Origin: Hyphomicrobiales bacterium
GTDB taxonomy: Bacteria > Pseudomonadota > Alphaproteobacteria > Rhizobiales > Rhizobiaceae
Direction of reading: 5' to 3'
Assembly: GCA_017305835.1 (NCBI GenBank)
Contig: JAFKJY010000042.1
Location: 36,110 to 100,109 of the forward strand
Length of the DNA: 64,000 nt
The notes beneath the pieces were generated by a model. It was not told the origin of the DNA and did no database searches. It was given only the letters and a program-made list of their open reading frames with translations. Below are positions 28,851 through 38,385 of this stretch, piece after piece; within the stretch, counting starts at the first letter, position 1, and the number at the start of each line of letters is the position of its first letter. Made by a program: the position numbers and the translations under genes.

Positions 28851-30551
28851 TCAGGCGACCAGGAAACCGCGCTCGCGGTAGACGGAATTTCCGTAGGCTT
28901 CCGGATTCCAGCTCATCAGGATCGCGGCGCAAAGCATGGCGATCACCGGGTCGATTTTGGCGCGGCCGGCGGCCTGCTTGGTCGCCATGTTGCCGTTTCC
29001 CTTGACCTCGATCTTCACGTTGCCGACCGACCAGGCCATCAGGGCCGACCCGTCGTGACTGAGCGTGTCGTCCGACAGCTTGTGTTCGAGGCCCCACAGC
29101 GCCGGCGAGAGCGCCGGACCCTGGCGAAGGCGGTGCAGCATGGCGCCGTCGATTTGACGAAGCGCCAGCGCGTCGACGAAGGCAGCGATGTTGTTCGGAT
29201 CGAAGCCGACCGCGTTCTTATCGGGCAGCAGGCCGGCATCGCGGACCTTCGCGGCGATCTCCGCGATGCGGGCGACATATTCGCTCACCTCGCAGAAAGT
29301 CAGCGAGCCCTCGGCTTCGAAGTCCCGCAGGCGCGAGGCGATCTCCTTGCGGACCTCGAGCACCTTCGGGTGGGCGAAGGCATGGCACCAGACCAGCCAG
29401 CGCCGCGTCACCTTCTCCCGGCCAATGACGCAGGCGCCGAACAGGTCGTCCAGGCCACCGCCGTCGGCGCCGACCACGGCGACCTCCGACCGCGCGATGA
29501 GCTCTTCCAGCGTCAGCGTCTCGTCGGCACGGAGATCCCAGAAGTCGGCCCCGCGCCAGCCGTCATCACCGAGGCCGACGCCGATCTCGATGTTGAGGTG
29601 CTGGCTGGCCCATATCTGCTCGGCTTCCGGCGTCGCCCGGCCGTTGTTCTCGTAGTCCGCGACGAGCCGCTGCGGATCGATCGACCGATTGATGTTCGGC
29701 AGCAGGATGTGCCAGTTCCTCTGGTCGCGCCAGAAGGCCTGATCCTTCTGGAAACTGGCCGGAAACTCGTAGAGCACCGGCAGCAGGATCGGCGCGCTGC
29801 CGCCCCTGCCGTCGCGGATGGCGCGGGCTTTTTGCAGCTCGGTCTTCCAGATGCCGGCCGGCGGCTCGTCCGACTGGGTGGTGATCATCAGCACCTGTCC
29901 GCCCTGCTTGGTGATGCCGCCGCCGCGGATCTGTTGCATGACGGCGGCCGCCTTCGCCTTCTTCCCGAGCTCGTGCAGCTCATCGATGATGGTGAGGACG
30001 GGAATCTCGCCCGTGACGATCGAGGTGTCGAAGGTCTTGACGTCCAGACGCGTGCCGGTCTTGCGGCGGGTGATGCACTTCAGATGGTCCTGCACCTTGA
30101 AGATCGCGTCGAGCGTTGCGTCGAGACGGATCATTCCCTGCGCCTGGTCGAAGCAGCGCTCCGAGATGTTCTGGCTCGGCGCCACGATCAGCATCTGGCG
30201 GTTCGGCGCCTCCTCCATGAACAGCGCCGTCAAACCGAGCGCGGCGACGTAGGTCGTCTTCGAGTTCTTCTTCGGCACCATGCACAGCAGTTCGACGACG
30301 AGACGCTGCTTCGTCTCGGGATCCTCGCTCGCCAGGAATGCGACGAGGATGTCACGGAACCATTCGCCACATGCTTCCGCGAGAGGCGGGTTGCCGGGAA
30401 CGTCCGGAAGCCGCAGCCGGTTGAAGAACGCCAGCGCCTTCGCTGCCCGGTCGGCGTTGAGCGGAACCTCCGCCATGGGCATCTGGCCGCGCTGCAGCCG
30501 GTCCCACCAGTCCGGACATGCGAACCGCGGCAGCACCTCAGTGGCGGGCAT
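28851..30551 (-). CDS. Terminase large subunit
   Basis: Walker A VPKKNSKT, Walker B IIDELHE, nuclease DGGGLDD and KIDPVIA. Confidence 0.93.
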   Translation of the reverse strand: MPATEVLPRFACPDWWDRLQRGQMPMAEVPLNADRAAKALAFFNRLRLPDVPGNPPLAEACGEWFRDILVAFLASEDPETKQRLVVELLCMVPKKNSKTTYVAALGLTALFMEEAPNRQMLIVAPSQNISERCFDQAQGMIRLDATLDAIFKVQDHLKCITRRKTGTRLDVKTFDTSIVTGEIPVLTIIDELHELGKKAKAAAVMQQIRGGGITKQGGQVLMITTQSDEPPAGIWKTELQKARAIRDGRGGSAPILLPVLYEFPASFQKDQAFWRDQRNWHILLPNINRSIDPQRLVADYENNGRATPEAEQIWASQHLNIEIGVGLGDDGWRGADFWDLRADETLTLEELIARSEVAVVGADGGGLDDLFGACVIGREKVTRRWLVWCHAFAHPKVLEVRKEIASRLRDFEAEGSLTFCEVSEYVARIAEIAAKVRDAGLLPDKNAVGFDPNNIAAFVDALALRQIDGAMLHRLRQGPALSPALWGLEHKLSDDTLSHDGSALMAWSVGNVKIEVKGNGNMATKQAAGRAKIDPVIAMLCAAILMSWNPEAYGNSVYRERGFLVA

Positions 30552-31014
30552 TGTTCGCCGCTTCGCTTTCCAGTTCGGCCATCAGGTCCGCGTCGGCGGC
30601 AAGAGCGCGCTTCTCGTCGATCGCCTTCTTGCCCGGCCGGTCCGGTGCGGGCTCCGACCGATTGGCCCCCAATTTCCGCTCGATCTCCATCCGATCGCTA
30701 CGGTCGATCAGCGCGCCGAGCTCCCGCAGGGCCGTGATGTTGCCGGCGTTCGCCTGCTCCATCGCGATCTCTACGCGGCGCGCATCCAGCCGGTCGCGCA
30801 TCGCATCGCGAGCCTTCAGCTCGGCTCTAAAATACCGCTTCAGCGTTGCCGGCGAGACGCCGATCGCATTGGCGACGCGCGGGTTCGCCCATCCGAGCGC
30901 CAGCAAGAGCTTGACCTTGTTGCGATCCTTCTCCGTCGGCTCGAACGGCGGCCGCCCCCGCGCTCCGAAACCCTCGCGAACCGGATGGCCGAAGAGGTCA
31001 AAATTCGGTTCCAC
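30538..31014 (-). CDS. Terminase small subunit
   Basis: GRPPFEPT plus HTH (VANAIGVSPATLKRYF); overlaps terL start. Confidence 0.8.
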   Translation of the reverse strand: MEPNFDLFGHPVREGFGARGRPPFEPTEKDRNKVKLLLALGWANPRVANAIGVSPATLKRYFRAELKARDAMRDRLDARRVEIAMEQANAGNITALRELGALIDRSDRMEIERKLGANRSEPAPDRPGKKAIDEKRALAADADLMAELESEAANNARH

Positions 31015-31095
31015 GAGAAAAAAATCTCCACATGAGGGGGACGCGGGTCTAGGGACCGATGGGGTTCCAGACTTTCGACCGCCCCCCTTCCCCGC
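31015..31095 (-). other. Probable cos region
   Basis: Between HNH and terS; minus strand GGGGGGCGGTCGAAAGTCT...AGATTTTTTT as typically seen at HK97-like cos sites; cut point not identified. Confidence 0.45.
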
Positions 31096-31119
31096 CTCAG
31101 CGGTCGAGGTCCGCGCCGG

Positions 31120-31440
31120 TCACCACCAGACGCCGCGCGTCTGGATCGACGCTCGCTCGTCGGCCTGCTTCACGCGGTCGTGGCAATCCTTGCAGAGGCA
31201 CTGCAGGTTGGTCTCGTCCCAGAACAGACGTTCGTCACCACGGTGCGGCGCGACGTGATCAGCTACCAGCCGCGACGTGTCCGCCTCGATCCGTTTGCAC
31301 ATGCGGCAGGTGAACAGGTCACGCACCAGCACCCGCCACCGCAGCGCCTGCCATCGCGCCGTCTTGTACCAGGCGCGCCATGGCTGCGCGCCATCGCGCC
31401 GCCGGGATCGCTCCCGCTCATCACCGTGTCGATTGGGCAT
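31120..31440 (-). CDS. HNH endonuclease (terminase-associated, gp74-like)
   Basis: CRMC, VADHVAPHRGD..LFWD..NLQCLCKDCH. Confidence 0.9.
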   Translation of the reverse strand: MPNRHGDERERSRRRDGAQPWRAWYKTARWQALRWRVLVRDLFTCRMCKRIEADTSRLVADHVAPHRGDERLFWDETNLQCLCKDCHDRVKQADERASIQTRGVWW

Positions 31441-31582
31441 GGCTTCCGCACTGGCCCTGAATCGATCGCCATGATCGCCATCGTCAGGGCTGGGCCGGGA
31501 GGGGTCGCTGTCGCCGTGGCGATGGCCCGCTGTTCGGGGGCAATGCGCCCCGCGGTCCCCGGTCGTCCATGGGCCGGATTCG

Positions 31583-32236
31583 CTACTCCGCTTTCTCCAG
31601 ATGCGCAAGCTTCACGTCGACCACCAACTCGCGCCCGAACAGCCAGGTCATCACGCGCGCCGTCCGACCCTTGCCGTAGCCCTCCAGCACGCCTCGGAAA
31701 TCGGCATAGGGGCCGACCCCAATCCGCACCGCCATACCGACCGCCAGCCCGGTCGGCGTGCTCCTCTCGTCGAAGGCGCCGGCCTGCGCCAACTCCATGA
31801 AACCATTCATCTCCCGGTCGCCGATCGGATAGGGCCTTCCGCCCGCGCCGATCAGCGCGGCCACGTCTCTGACCCGTAGCAGTCCGGCGAAGGCGTCATC
31901 GGAGGGCACAAGATTGACGAAGACGAGATGGCGAAGCACGGGCCTGTGGACAACCTTGCGCGAGGGCGCATTGAAGCGACGCTTCACCTGCACCTGCTTC
32001 ACCGGCACCACCGCATCTACCCGCGAATCGGTCAGCCGGGCGCAGAGATCAATCTCGCTCGCCTGCGCCACCCGCAGCGCAAACCAGTGCCGCCTGCCCT
32101 CGACATTCGTGGATGCGGCGGCCAGCAGCCGCGCATCCACCTGCCGCTCGGCAAGCGTCCTGTCGCTCGCCGCCACCGCCCGCGTCAGGTCGATCGCGTC
32201 GGCCGCCGCGACCTGCCTCCTGTCCACCGCCATCAT
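31583..32236 (-). CDS. NusG-family antiterminator (NGN + KOW)
   Basis: HWFALRV NGN start, GMAVRIGVGPYADFRG KOW motif; occupies the Q position. Confidence 0.85.
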   Translation of the reverse strand: MMAVDRRQVAAADAIDLTRAVAASDRTLAERQVDARLLAAASTNVEGRRHWFALRVAQASEIDLCARLTDSRVDAVVPVKQVQVKRRFNAPSRKVVHRPVLRHLVFVNLVPSDDAFAGLLRVRDVAALIGAGGRPYPIGDREMNGFMELAQAGAFDERSTPTGLAVGMAVRIGVGPYADFRGVLEGYGKGRTARVMTWLFGRELVVDVKLAHLEKAE

Positions 32237-33339
32237 TCCGCCGCCTCTCTCGTCTCGCCGCCCTCGCGCAGCGCCGCCTCGAACACGCCCAGCCCGTCCG
32301 GCCCGCCGGCCGGGAAGTACACCACGCGCTGCTCGCCGGGATCGGGCACCCATGGCCAGCCCTGCCGTTCGAACGCGGCGCGCCACGCCTCGAACCCGGG
32401 CGACGCGACCGGCACCGGCTCCATCGTTGCCCGCAGCGCATGCCAACGCTCGCCGAAGCGGTGCCCGCGACCCAGCCGCGCCATGCGGTAGAGCTGGTCG
32501 ACATGCTCGGGATGCGCGCCGATGAGCAACGTGCCGACGACGAAGGCGCCCCACACTGGCCCGAAGGGCGGCGCATAGTCCCGGTCGGGCTCAGTCCTGA
32601 CCGCAGGTGGCGGAAGCTTCTCCCAGCGCTTCTCCGCGAGATACACGCCGAAGGTGCAGATCACGGTACGGCCGCCTACCTTGGCGCTGGCGAGATAGTC
32701 GCCCATCCGCTCGGCCGCCGTCTCGCGCTCCTGCGGCGCCAGCGACAGCGCCGCCGCGAAGGCCTTCGGCCCGCTGTCGGTCACGTAGGTCGGCCAGGAC
32801 GGATGCGTCCGCTTCAGCCAGCGCTCGACGGCCTTCTGGTCTTCTTCCCGCGCACGCGCTCTCTCTCCCCGTTCCGAGTCGGTCGTTCTGATAGGGTCGT
32901 TCTTAGGTGCCGGTCCAGGACCGGCAGGGGGTGCCGGCTCTGGATCGGCAGGGGGTGCCGATATATCGGCAGGGGGTGCCGGCCTGTCGGCAGGGGTCCC
33001 GGCGCCCCGATCGCCTCCCAGATCAGCGTCGCGGACGGCCGCCGGATCGGCGTGACGAGGGTCGAGGATGACGCGATAGACATGCGGACTGTCGCGGCCG
33101 TTGATCTCCTCCTGCACGTAGCGCTCGAGATACCCGGCCGTCACCAGCCGCTCGATCGCGTCGTACACGGTGGATCGCGCGCAGCCCATCTCCTCGGCCA
33201 TCTTGACCTGGCTTTTCCGGCACCAGCCCAGATCGTCGGTATGGCGCCCGAGCACGCACAGAACCTGCAAGTCGCGCGGCTTCAGCGCCGGGTCGGTCGC
33301 CGCGCGCGCCGGAATGATGGAGAGACGAGGTCCGCTCAA
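32233..33339 (-). CDS. Replication initiator with N-terminal winged HTH
   Basis: SQVKMAEEMGCARSTVYDAIERL HTH; TTG start with GGAGG RBS overlapping upstream stop; internal iterons. Confidence 0.75.
   Translation of the reverse strand: MSGPRLSIIPARAATDPALKPRDLQVLCVLGRHTDDLGWCRKSQVKMAEEMGCARSTVYDAIERLVTAGYLERYVQEEINGRDSPHVYRVILDPRHADPAAVRDADLGGDRGAGTPADRPAPPADISAPPADPEPAPPAGPGPAPKNDPIRTTDSERGERARAREEDQKAVERWLKRTHPSWPTYVTDSGPKAFAAALSLAPQERETAAERMGDYLASAKVGGRTVICTFGVYLAEKRWEKLPPPAVRTEPDRDYAPPFGPVWGAFVVGTLLIGAHPEHVDQLYRMARLGRGHRFGERWHALRATMEPVPVASPGFEAWRAAFERQGWPWVPDPGEQRVVYFPAGGPDGLGVFEAALREGGETREAAE
32922..33000. repeat. Iteron-like direct repeats (putative phage ori)
   Basis: CGGCAGGGGGTGCCG exact at 32922, 32946, 32967, partial at 32988 (24/21/21 spacing). 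Confidence 0.65.
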
Positions 33340-33857
33340 AGAAGCCTCCCCTGACCGTCCTTCGGGGGCTTCGGCGCATGTATCAGCCGAGATGGCCGTC
33401 TCTCGTTCGGCAACATCCATCTCGCCGGCGGGATCGGCGCATTGGTCTGGCGACACGGAAGCAGAGATCGCCAATCGAAGAAGCCGAGCCGGCCACCTAC
33501 AGCAATGAATTCCACTGCCCGCGGGTCCGCGATCACGAGTCCAACCGGCCCGAAGAACCATGGGCTTGTCGGATGGAACGTCACTACGTCGACGATCGTC
33601 GCGACGCCGATAATACCTCCGCGCTGCAGGTCAGCCGGAGCTGGGCAGGAGAAGCCGAGTTCGGCACACAGCTCCGCGCAATCTACGTATTCCTGCCGCG
33701 TCATACCGGTCGAAGCGTGGATGCAGAACTCGCCGCGGAAGCTGAGACCCGGATTGCCACGGCGCCACGCTCTGTTCTCGACGTCCTTCCATCCCGAGGC
33801 GAGGCAGAAAGCCCACGGCTGCCGGACCGAAAGAGCCAGATTTGGAAGTTCGCTCAT
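33336..33857 (-). CDS. ASCH-domain protein
   Basis: ALSVRQPWA....GWKDVENR, GGIIG motifs. Confidence 0.85.
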   Translation of the reverse strand: MSELPNLALSVRQPWAFCLASGWKDVENRAWRRGNPGLSFRGEFCIHASTGMTRQEYVDCAELCAELGFSCPAPADLQRGGIIGVATIVDVVTFHPTSPWFFGPVGLVIADPRAVEFIAVGGRLGFFDWRSLLPCRQTNAPIPPARWMLPNERRPSRLIHAPKPPKDGQGRLL

Positions 33858-34440
33858 CGCCCTGCCCTCCGCCATGCGTCGTATTCGTCTCTGATCTGCC
33901 GCCAGGCTGCGGCCGCACGGCCGCCGTCGTTGAGCTCGCGCCGGCTGGTCACGCCGAGCAGGCTGCGCACACCTTCTGTGCCACCCGCTCCTCGGTCAGC
34001 GGCCGTTCCAGCCCGTGCCGCTCTTCGAGGAACACCCGGAAGGCCGGCTCGGCGCATTTCATGGCGCACTCGGCAGCATAGTCTTTCGTCTCGCCCGCCC
34101 CGCCCGAAGGGCGAGGCTGCGACCGCAGCCCGTCGGTCGTCCGACGCCCGGCCGGAGCGGCAGGCCGCGCAGCGGCCAGTGCGCCGCGTGAGGCAAAGGC
34201 CCTCATCGCCCTGTCGACGAGGCCGAGCAGGAAGCGCATGTCGGCCGGCGCCGAGACGACGAAGGCGATCTCGTCGTCGGTCGCGCCGGCATCGAACCGG
34301 GCCACCGGCAGCAGCTCGCCCATCGGCCCGCGCGCCTCAACGAAGCATCCGTCGCCGTCATAGGCGCGCGTCCACTCGCCGGGCGCGATCGCCGCGACAC
34401 GATCGCGGATATGTGCGAGCCGCGCACCTTCGCTCATCAT
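33854..34440 (-). pseudogene. Phage protein split by apparent 2-nt (GT) duplication
   Basis: Removing 2 nt at 33968-33972 joins ...ERVAQKV to RSLLGVTSRRELND into one 194-aa ORF. Confidence 0.5.
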
Positions 34441-34508
34441 GGCCGGCTCCGCTCGCAACCCGGCGCCGCCGTCTGCGTTACTCCGGCCAGTCCAGTCGCG
34501 AGTGCGCC

Positions 34509-34820
34509 ATGCGTTTCGATCCTCCCGTCCGCATCGCCACCGGCAAGGCCGGCAATGTCATCAGGGCGGTGACCGACGCCGAGCAGGCGGCCCGCCTGCT
34601 GCTCGACGAGAACTGGCCCGCCGAGCAGATGGCGCGCAGGCAGGTCGCCGCCCGCAAGGCCGTGCTGGCGGCGCTGGAGCGGGCACAGGATCCCGTGCGC
34701 GCCGAGCGCGCCCGCAAGGCCTTCGCGGCGGCCGCCGACGAGGCCGGCGTGCTGATGTCCGAGCGGCCGGCCTCGATCGCATCGCCGGGGTTCAAGGCGC
34801 CGAAGCGGCGGAAGCGTTGA
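34509..34820 (+). CDS. DUF982-like protein
   Basis: FDPPVRI...AARLLL..WP...ARKAFAAAADEAGVL pattern; antisense to early operon. Confidence 0.7.
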   Translation: MRFDPPVRIATGKAGNVIRAVTDAEQAARLLLDENWPAEQMARRQVAARKAVLAALERAQDPVRAERARKAFAAAADEAGVLMSERPASIASPGFKAPKRRKR

Positions 34821-34822
34821 CC

Positions 34823-35332
34823 TCATGCCGCCACCCATTCCGGGCGGCATTCGAGGATGTGCAGGCCCTTTTTCGTGATGCCCGCGAAGCGCCAGCCGGC
34901 TTGGTAGAAGCAGTATCCCCAGACCGCATAGAGGCGAGCGCGCGGCCCCTTCACCATCGTTGGCCTGACCAGGCGAGCATCGACGAACGTGAACAGCCGC
35001 TCGCCGGGGAAGCGTCGCCACGCCAGTTCCATCGCGCCGGATAGTTGCGCACTGGCGAGCGCTCCGCCCTCGCGCCTGAAGACGCAGCACTCCACCCCGA
35101 TCTGACCATCACGCCGCCGCCGTTCTTTGCGCCAGCCGCAAAGCGACAACGCGTCGGATGACAGCAGAAGCAGCTTGAAGCCGGGGCCGATGAACAGCTT
35201 CGTGCCGCGGCGTCGCCGGCGGGCGAGGCTCTTCATGGCGGTATAATGGCGCTCGAAGATCGCGCGCGCCGTGTCGTTGCCGTCGCGCACCTCGATCCAG
35301 CCGTCGCCGATGAGGAAGGGCTGGACGTTCAT
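34823..35332 (-). CDS. Phage protein, possibly Mom-like/GNAT-fold DNA modifier
   Basis: FERHY, CCVFRREG, LFTFVD, GYCFYQAGW; similarity to Mom is remote recall only. Confidence 0.35.
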   Translation of the reverse strand: MNVQPFLIGDGWIEVRDGNDTARAIFERHYTAMKSLARRRRRGTKLFIGPGFKLLLLSSDALSLCGWRKERRRRDGQIGVECCVFRREGGALASAQLSGAMELAWRRFPGERLFTFVDARLVRPTMVKGPRARLYAVWGYCFYQAGWRFAGITKKGLHILECRPEWVAA

Positions 35333-35592
35333 GGCCGCCCTCCCCGCATCACCCGCGCAAGCTTCGCCGCGGCGCGATCGAGGTCCCGACGCCAGCGGAT
35401 TTCGTCTGGACCGTAGCGGGCTGCCTCCAGCCGGTCGCTGGCGTGCGCCACGGCTCGACAGGCTTCCATGATGCGGGCGTCCCGCGCCACCACAGGCCGG
35501 TTGAGCAGCACGGCCTTCTCGGCCGCGCGCTTCTCGATCACCGGGCGCAACGCCTCGGCGATCGCGTCCGTCGTCTGCGTGTCGTGGTCCAT
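35329..35592 (-). CDS. Hypothetical protein
   Basis: Coupled overlaps within early-right operon. Confidence 0.55.
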   Translation of the reverse strand: MDHDTQTTDAIAEALRPVIEKRAAEKAVLLNRPVVARDARIMEACRAVAHASDRLEAARYGPDEIRWRRDLDRAAAKLARVMRGGRP

Positions 35593-35876
35593 CACCGCCC
35601 ACCGTCCCGCGCGACCTTGCGCAGGGCGCGCCGCGCGATGCCGAGCTCGAACACGCTGCGCGGCGGCAGTTCTCCCTCGGGCGAACGCACCGCGTGCAGC
35701 GCAGCCAGCCGCGCTGTGACGTACCAGTGGCCGGCCCGGTCGGCGCGCAGTGCCTCCACCAGCGCCGGACCGTCGGAGAGCAGCACGGAATCCGGCAGCG
35801 TCAGCACCAGCCGCGCCCGCGCGACCTCGTCGCCGGCTGCCTCGACCTTCTCGACCATGGGCGAGCGCGCCGTCAC
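35592..35876 (-). CDS. Hypothetical protein
   Basis: Coupled overlaps, 94 aa. Confidence 0.5.
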   Translation of the reverse strand: MTARSPMVEKVEAAGDEVARARLVLTLPDSVLLSDGPALVEALRADRAGHWYVTARLAALHAVRSPEGELPPRSVFELGIARRALRKVARDGGR

Positions 35877-36169
35877 CGCGCCGCCCCTGTTTCACGGGAA
35901 GCCACCAGTGTAACCATATGTTCGCGAATGGCTTTCAGGCTCGTTTGCCTGTGTTTCCCGCGCTCGACGAAGGCGTATGGATCGAGCCCCGCCATCTCGC
36001 ACAGGAGCAGGTAGTTGCCGGCCGAGAGCGCCTTGCCGTTGACCGCCCGCGACAGCATCGCCCGGTCGGTCTGCGACCATTTCTGCTCGGCCTGCCGCAG
36101 CGAATAGCCGAGCTCGTCGAGGCGGCTTTGGAACGCATCCGCGAAGGCGTCGAAGCGCACCTCAGCCAT
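35873..36169 (-). CDS. XRE-like HTH protein
   Basis: YSLRQAEQKW..DRAMLSRAVNGK. Confidence 0.6.
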   Translation of the reverse strand: MAEVRFDAFADAFQSRLDELGYSLRQAEQKWSQTDRAMLSRAVNGKALSAGNYLLLCEMAGLDPYAFVERGKHRQTSLKAIREHMVTLVASRETGAAR

Positions 36170-36437
36170 GGCGCGCCTCGTCGAGCAGCCGCTCCAGCTC
36201 GATCCGCAGCGCCTCCATCTGCCGGTCGGTGTCGGCGGCCGCCGACGCCGCCGGGATGACGGCCGGAACCAACGGCTTCGGCCGGCGCAGGAGGCGCAGC
36301 AGGAAGAAGCCGAAGGAGGTGATGGGATCGGCCGCAGGCCGTGGCGCCGACCGGCGCCCGGCCGACGTATCGCCCGCCCCCGTGGAGGCCAGCGCCAGAG
36401 GCGCGGTGCGGCCGTGAACGACAAGACGATCACTCAT
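36162..36437 (-). CDS. Hypothetical protein
   Basis: 91 aa in co-oriented overlapping series. Confidence 0.45.
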   Translation of the reverse strand: MSDRLVVHGRTAPLALASTGAGDTSAGRRSAPRPAADPITSFGFFLLRLLRRPKPLVPAVIPAASAAADTDRQMEALRIELERLLDEARHG

Positions 36438-36565
36438 TCAGCGCACGCGGCGCAGTAGTAGCGCCCCCCCCCTACGGGCCCAGCCGAATAGCCGCGCCAT
36501 GATGGAGCGGCGGCGCCAGTCGCCGTGAAAGCAGATCTGCGTCGGGCAGCGGTAGCAGGTGAGCG

Positions 36566-36937
36566 TCATGCCGGCGCGCCCCCCTTGTCTCCGCGCTCAA
36601 CCTGGAATCCGCCGCAGAAATCGGCGGCGGCATCGAAGACCGCGCGCAGAACATCGTTCTTGCGAATGTTTCGCGCATCGCTCCAGTCGATCGGCAGCGC
36701 CGCCAGCACGCGGATGAAATTGAGGGCATCCGTCTCGCTGTAGAATGCGAGATAGCTGCCGAGGCGCATGCCCGTCGGAACATGCGTGATGGACCAGCAT
36801 TCGCGTCCGTCCGCGATCTCTTCTCCGAGAGCGGGATGGGTCGCCAGGCAGCCCAGGCGCGCGCCGGGAACCATGATGACCCCGGTTGCGGCGATCGTGC
36901 GAATGTCTTCGTAGACGACGACGGTGATCGAGTTCAT
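36566..36937 (-). CDS. Hypothetical protein
   Basis: 123 aa, ATGA overlaps. Confidence 0.55.
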   Translation of the reverse strand: MNSITVVVYEDIRTIAATGVIMVPGARLGCLATHPALGEEIADGRECWSITHVPTGMRLGSYLAFYSETDALNFIRVLAALPIDWSDARNIRKNDVLRAVFDAAADFCGGFQVERGDKGGAPA

Positions 36938-37149
36938 GCGCTCCCCCGTTCGGGCGCGCGGGAACGATCCGCGTTCCGCATCTGCCGAAGCGCGATCGTC
37001 AGCGCGCTGTGCGCTTCGTCGTCGAGGGCGCCGGTTGCGACGACCACGTTGGCGAACGTCAGAACCAGCACGGCCAGCGCATGTTTCGGTTCGTCAGGCA
37101 GCATGTCGATGATGGCATCTGACAGAAACTTGTTCTCGGCAGGGGTCAT
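36934..37149 (-). CDS. Hypothetical protein
   Basis: 71 aa, ATGA overlaps. Confidence 0.5.
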   Translation of the reverse strand: MTPAENKFLSDAIIDMLPDEPKHALAVLVLTFANVVVATGALDDEAHSALTIALRQMRNADRSRAPERGSA

Positions 37150-38378
37150 GCCGGCACCGCCTTTCCGGCATTTCCGCGCTTCCGAGCCGGGGGCCTCGCA
37201 GACGCCTTCTCGGCCTCGAACCCCCATACGTCCCAGCCTGCCCGCGGCGCGCGCGCGAACAGTTCGATCTTGGCGATGCCGGGATAGAGCCGCTCGATCT
37301 GTTCGGCGAACCAGTCGGGCTTGGCCGAGTGCGGACCCTTGCGCTCGCGGTGCACCGTCTCCGGTTGCGTGCCGGGCAGCGGAGCGACGGCATCGCCGCG
37401 CCGGCCGATCAGCAGCAGCTCGTGCCGGTCGCGGCCCCAATAGCCGGTGCCGGCGACCTCCTTGTCCCAGATCCAGTGGTGCACATAGGTGAAGCCCCAC
37501 GCCTGCAGCGTGCGCAGCCCGTCGAGCAGCATCGGGTTGGTCGCCCACAGGAACAGAACCGCGTCGCGCGCAGCCACCCCGCCGAGCTCGGCCAGCAGGC
37601 CGGCGATCTGCTCGGTCTCCATGGTGGGGTAGTGGTTCTCGGCGCTCTTCTCGCGGCCGGTCGCCTCTTCGCGCACGATGAAACGCCAAGGCGGATCGGC
37701 ATAGACGACGGGATAGATCCGCTCGACCTTGCCCGGAGCGGCAGACCGCCCGCGTTCCGCGACCATCTCCATATGCGCCAGACGGACCGTGTGGCGCGCG
37801 CGCTGGCGCGCCTCGCGGATCGCCTTCGCGCGCGCCACGATGTCCCGTTCCTCACGCCGCAGCACTTCGATCTGCGCTTCATGTTCGAGTTCGGACAGCG
37901 CCTCTCCGGCGTGCACGGAAACGCGCCCCTCGCGGATCGCCTCGACGAGTTCCGCCGCGCCGTGCTCGTGGATGCGCCTGGCGGCTGCCACCGCGCGCTC
38001 CGAGATCGACAGTCGTCGCGCGGCCTCGCGGGTCTGCAGATTTGCAGGCCCTGCCGTGTGCTGGTTGAGGCCGCGATCCCAATCGACGATGCGTGCCGCC
38101 ACCATCGCCCGCTGGCTTTCCGTCAGGTGGCGCCGGTGCAGGTTCTTCGACAGCACGAAGCCGAGCGGATCGTCGCCGTCATAGTCGACGAAGTGCGGCT
38201 CGATCTCGGCGAACCGGCAGGCGGCGAGCCGATTGCGCCCGTCGAGGATCATGTCCTCGTGGAGCACGATCGGATCGCGCTGGCCGTATGTGCAGATGTC
38301 GTCGGCCAGTTCCGCGGTCTCCTTGTCGGAGAGCATCGGAAACAGTTCTGCCAGGGGATGGGGGCGAAGATCGTCCAT
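37146..38378 (-). CDS. ParB-like N-terminus fused to MT-A70 family N6-adenine methyltransferase
   Basis: HPLAELFP...ILDGRNR ParB part; YADPPW, LFLWAT, GTGYW, HSAKP, KIELFAR MT-A70 part. Confidence 0.88.
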   Translation of the reverse strand: MDDLRPHPLAELFPMLSDKETAELADDICTYGQRDPIVLHEDMILDGRNRLAACRFAEIEPHFVDYDGDDPLGFVLSKNLHRRHLTESQRAMVAARIVDWDRGLNQHTAGPANLQTREAARRLSISERAVAAARRIHEHGAAELVEAIREGRVSVHAGEALSELEHEAQIEVLRREERDIVARAKAIREARQRARHTVRLAHMEMVAERGRSAAPGKVERIYPVVYADPPWRFIVREEATGREKSAENHYPTMETEQIAGLLAELGGVAARDAVLFLWATNPMLLDGLRTLQAWGFTYVHHWIWDKEVAGTGYWGRDRHELLLIGRRGDAVAPLPGTQPETVHRERKGPHSAKPDWFAEQIERLYPGIAKIELFARAPRAGWDVWGFEAEKASARPPARKRGNAGKAVPA

Positions 38379-38385
38379 CCAGTCC

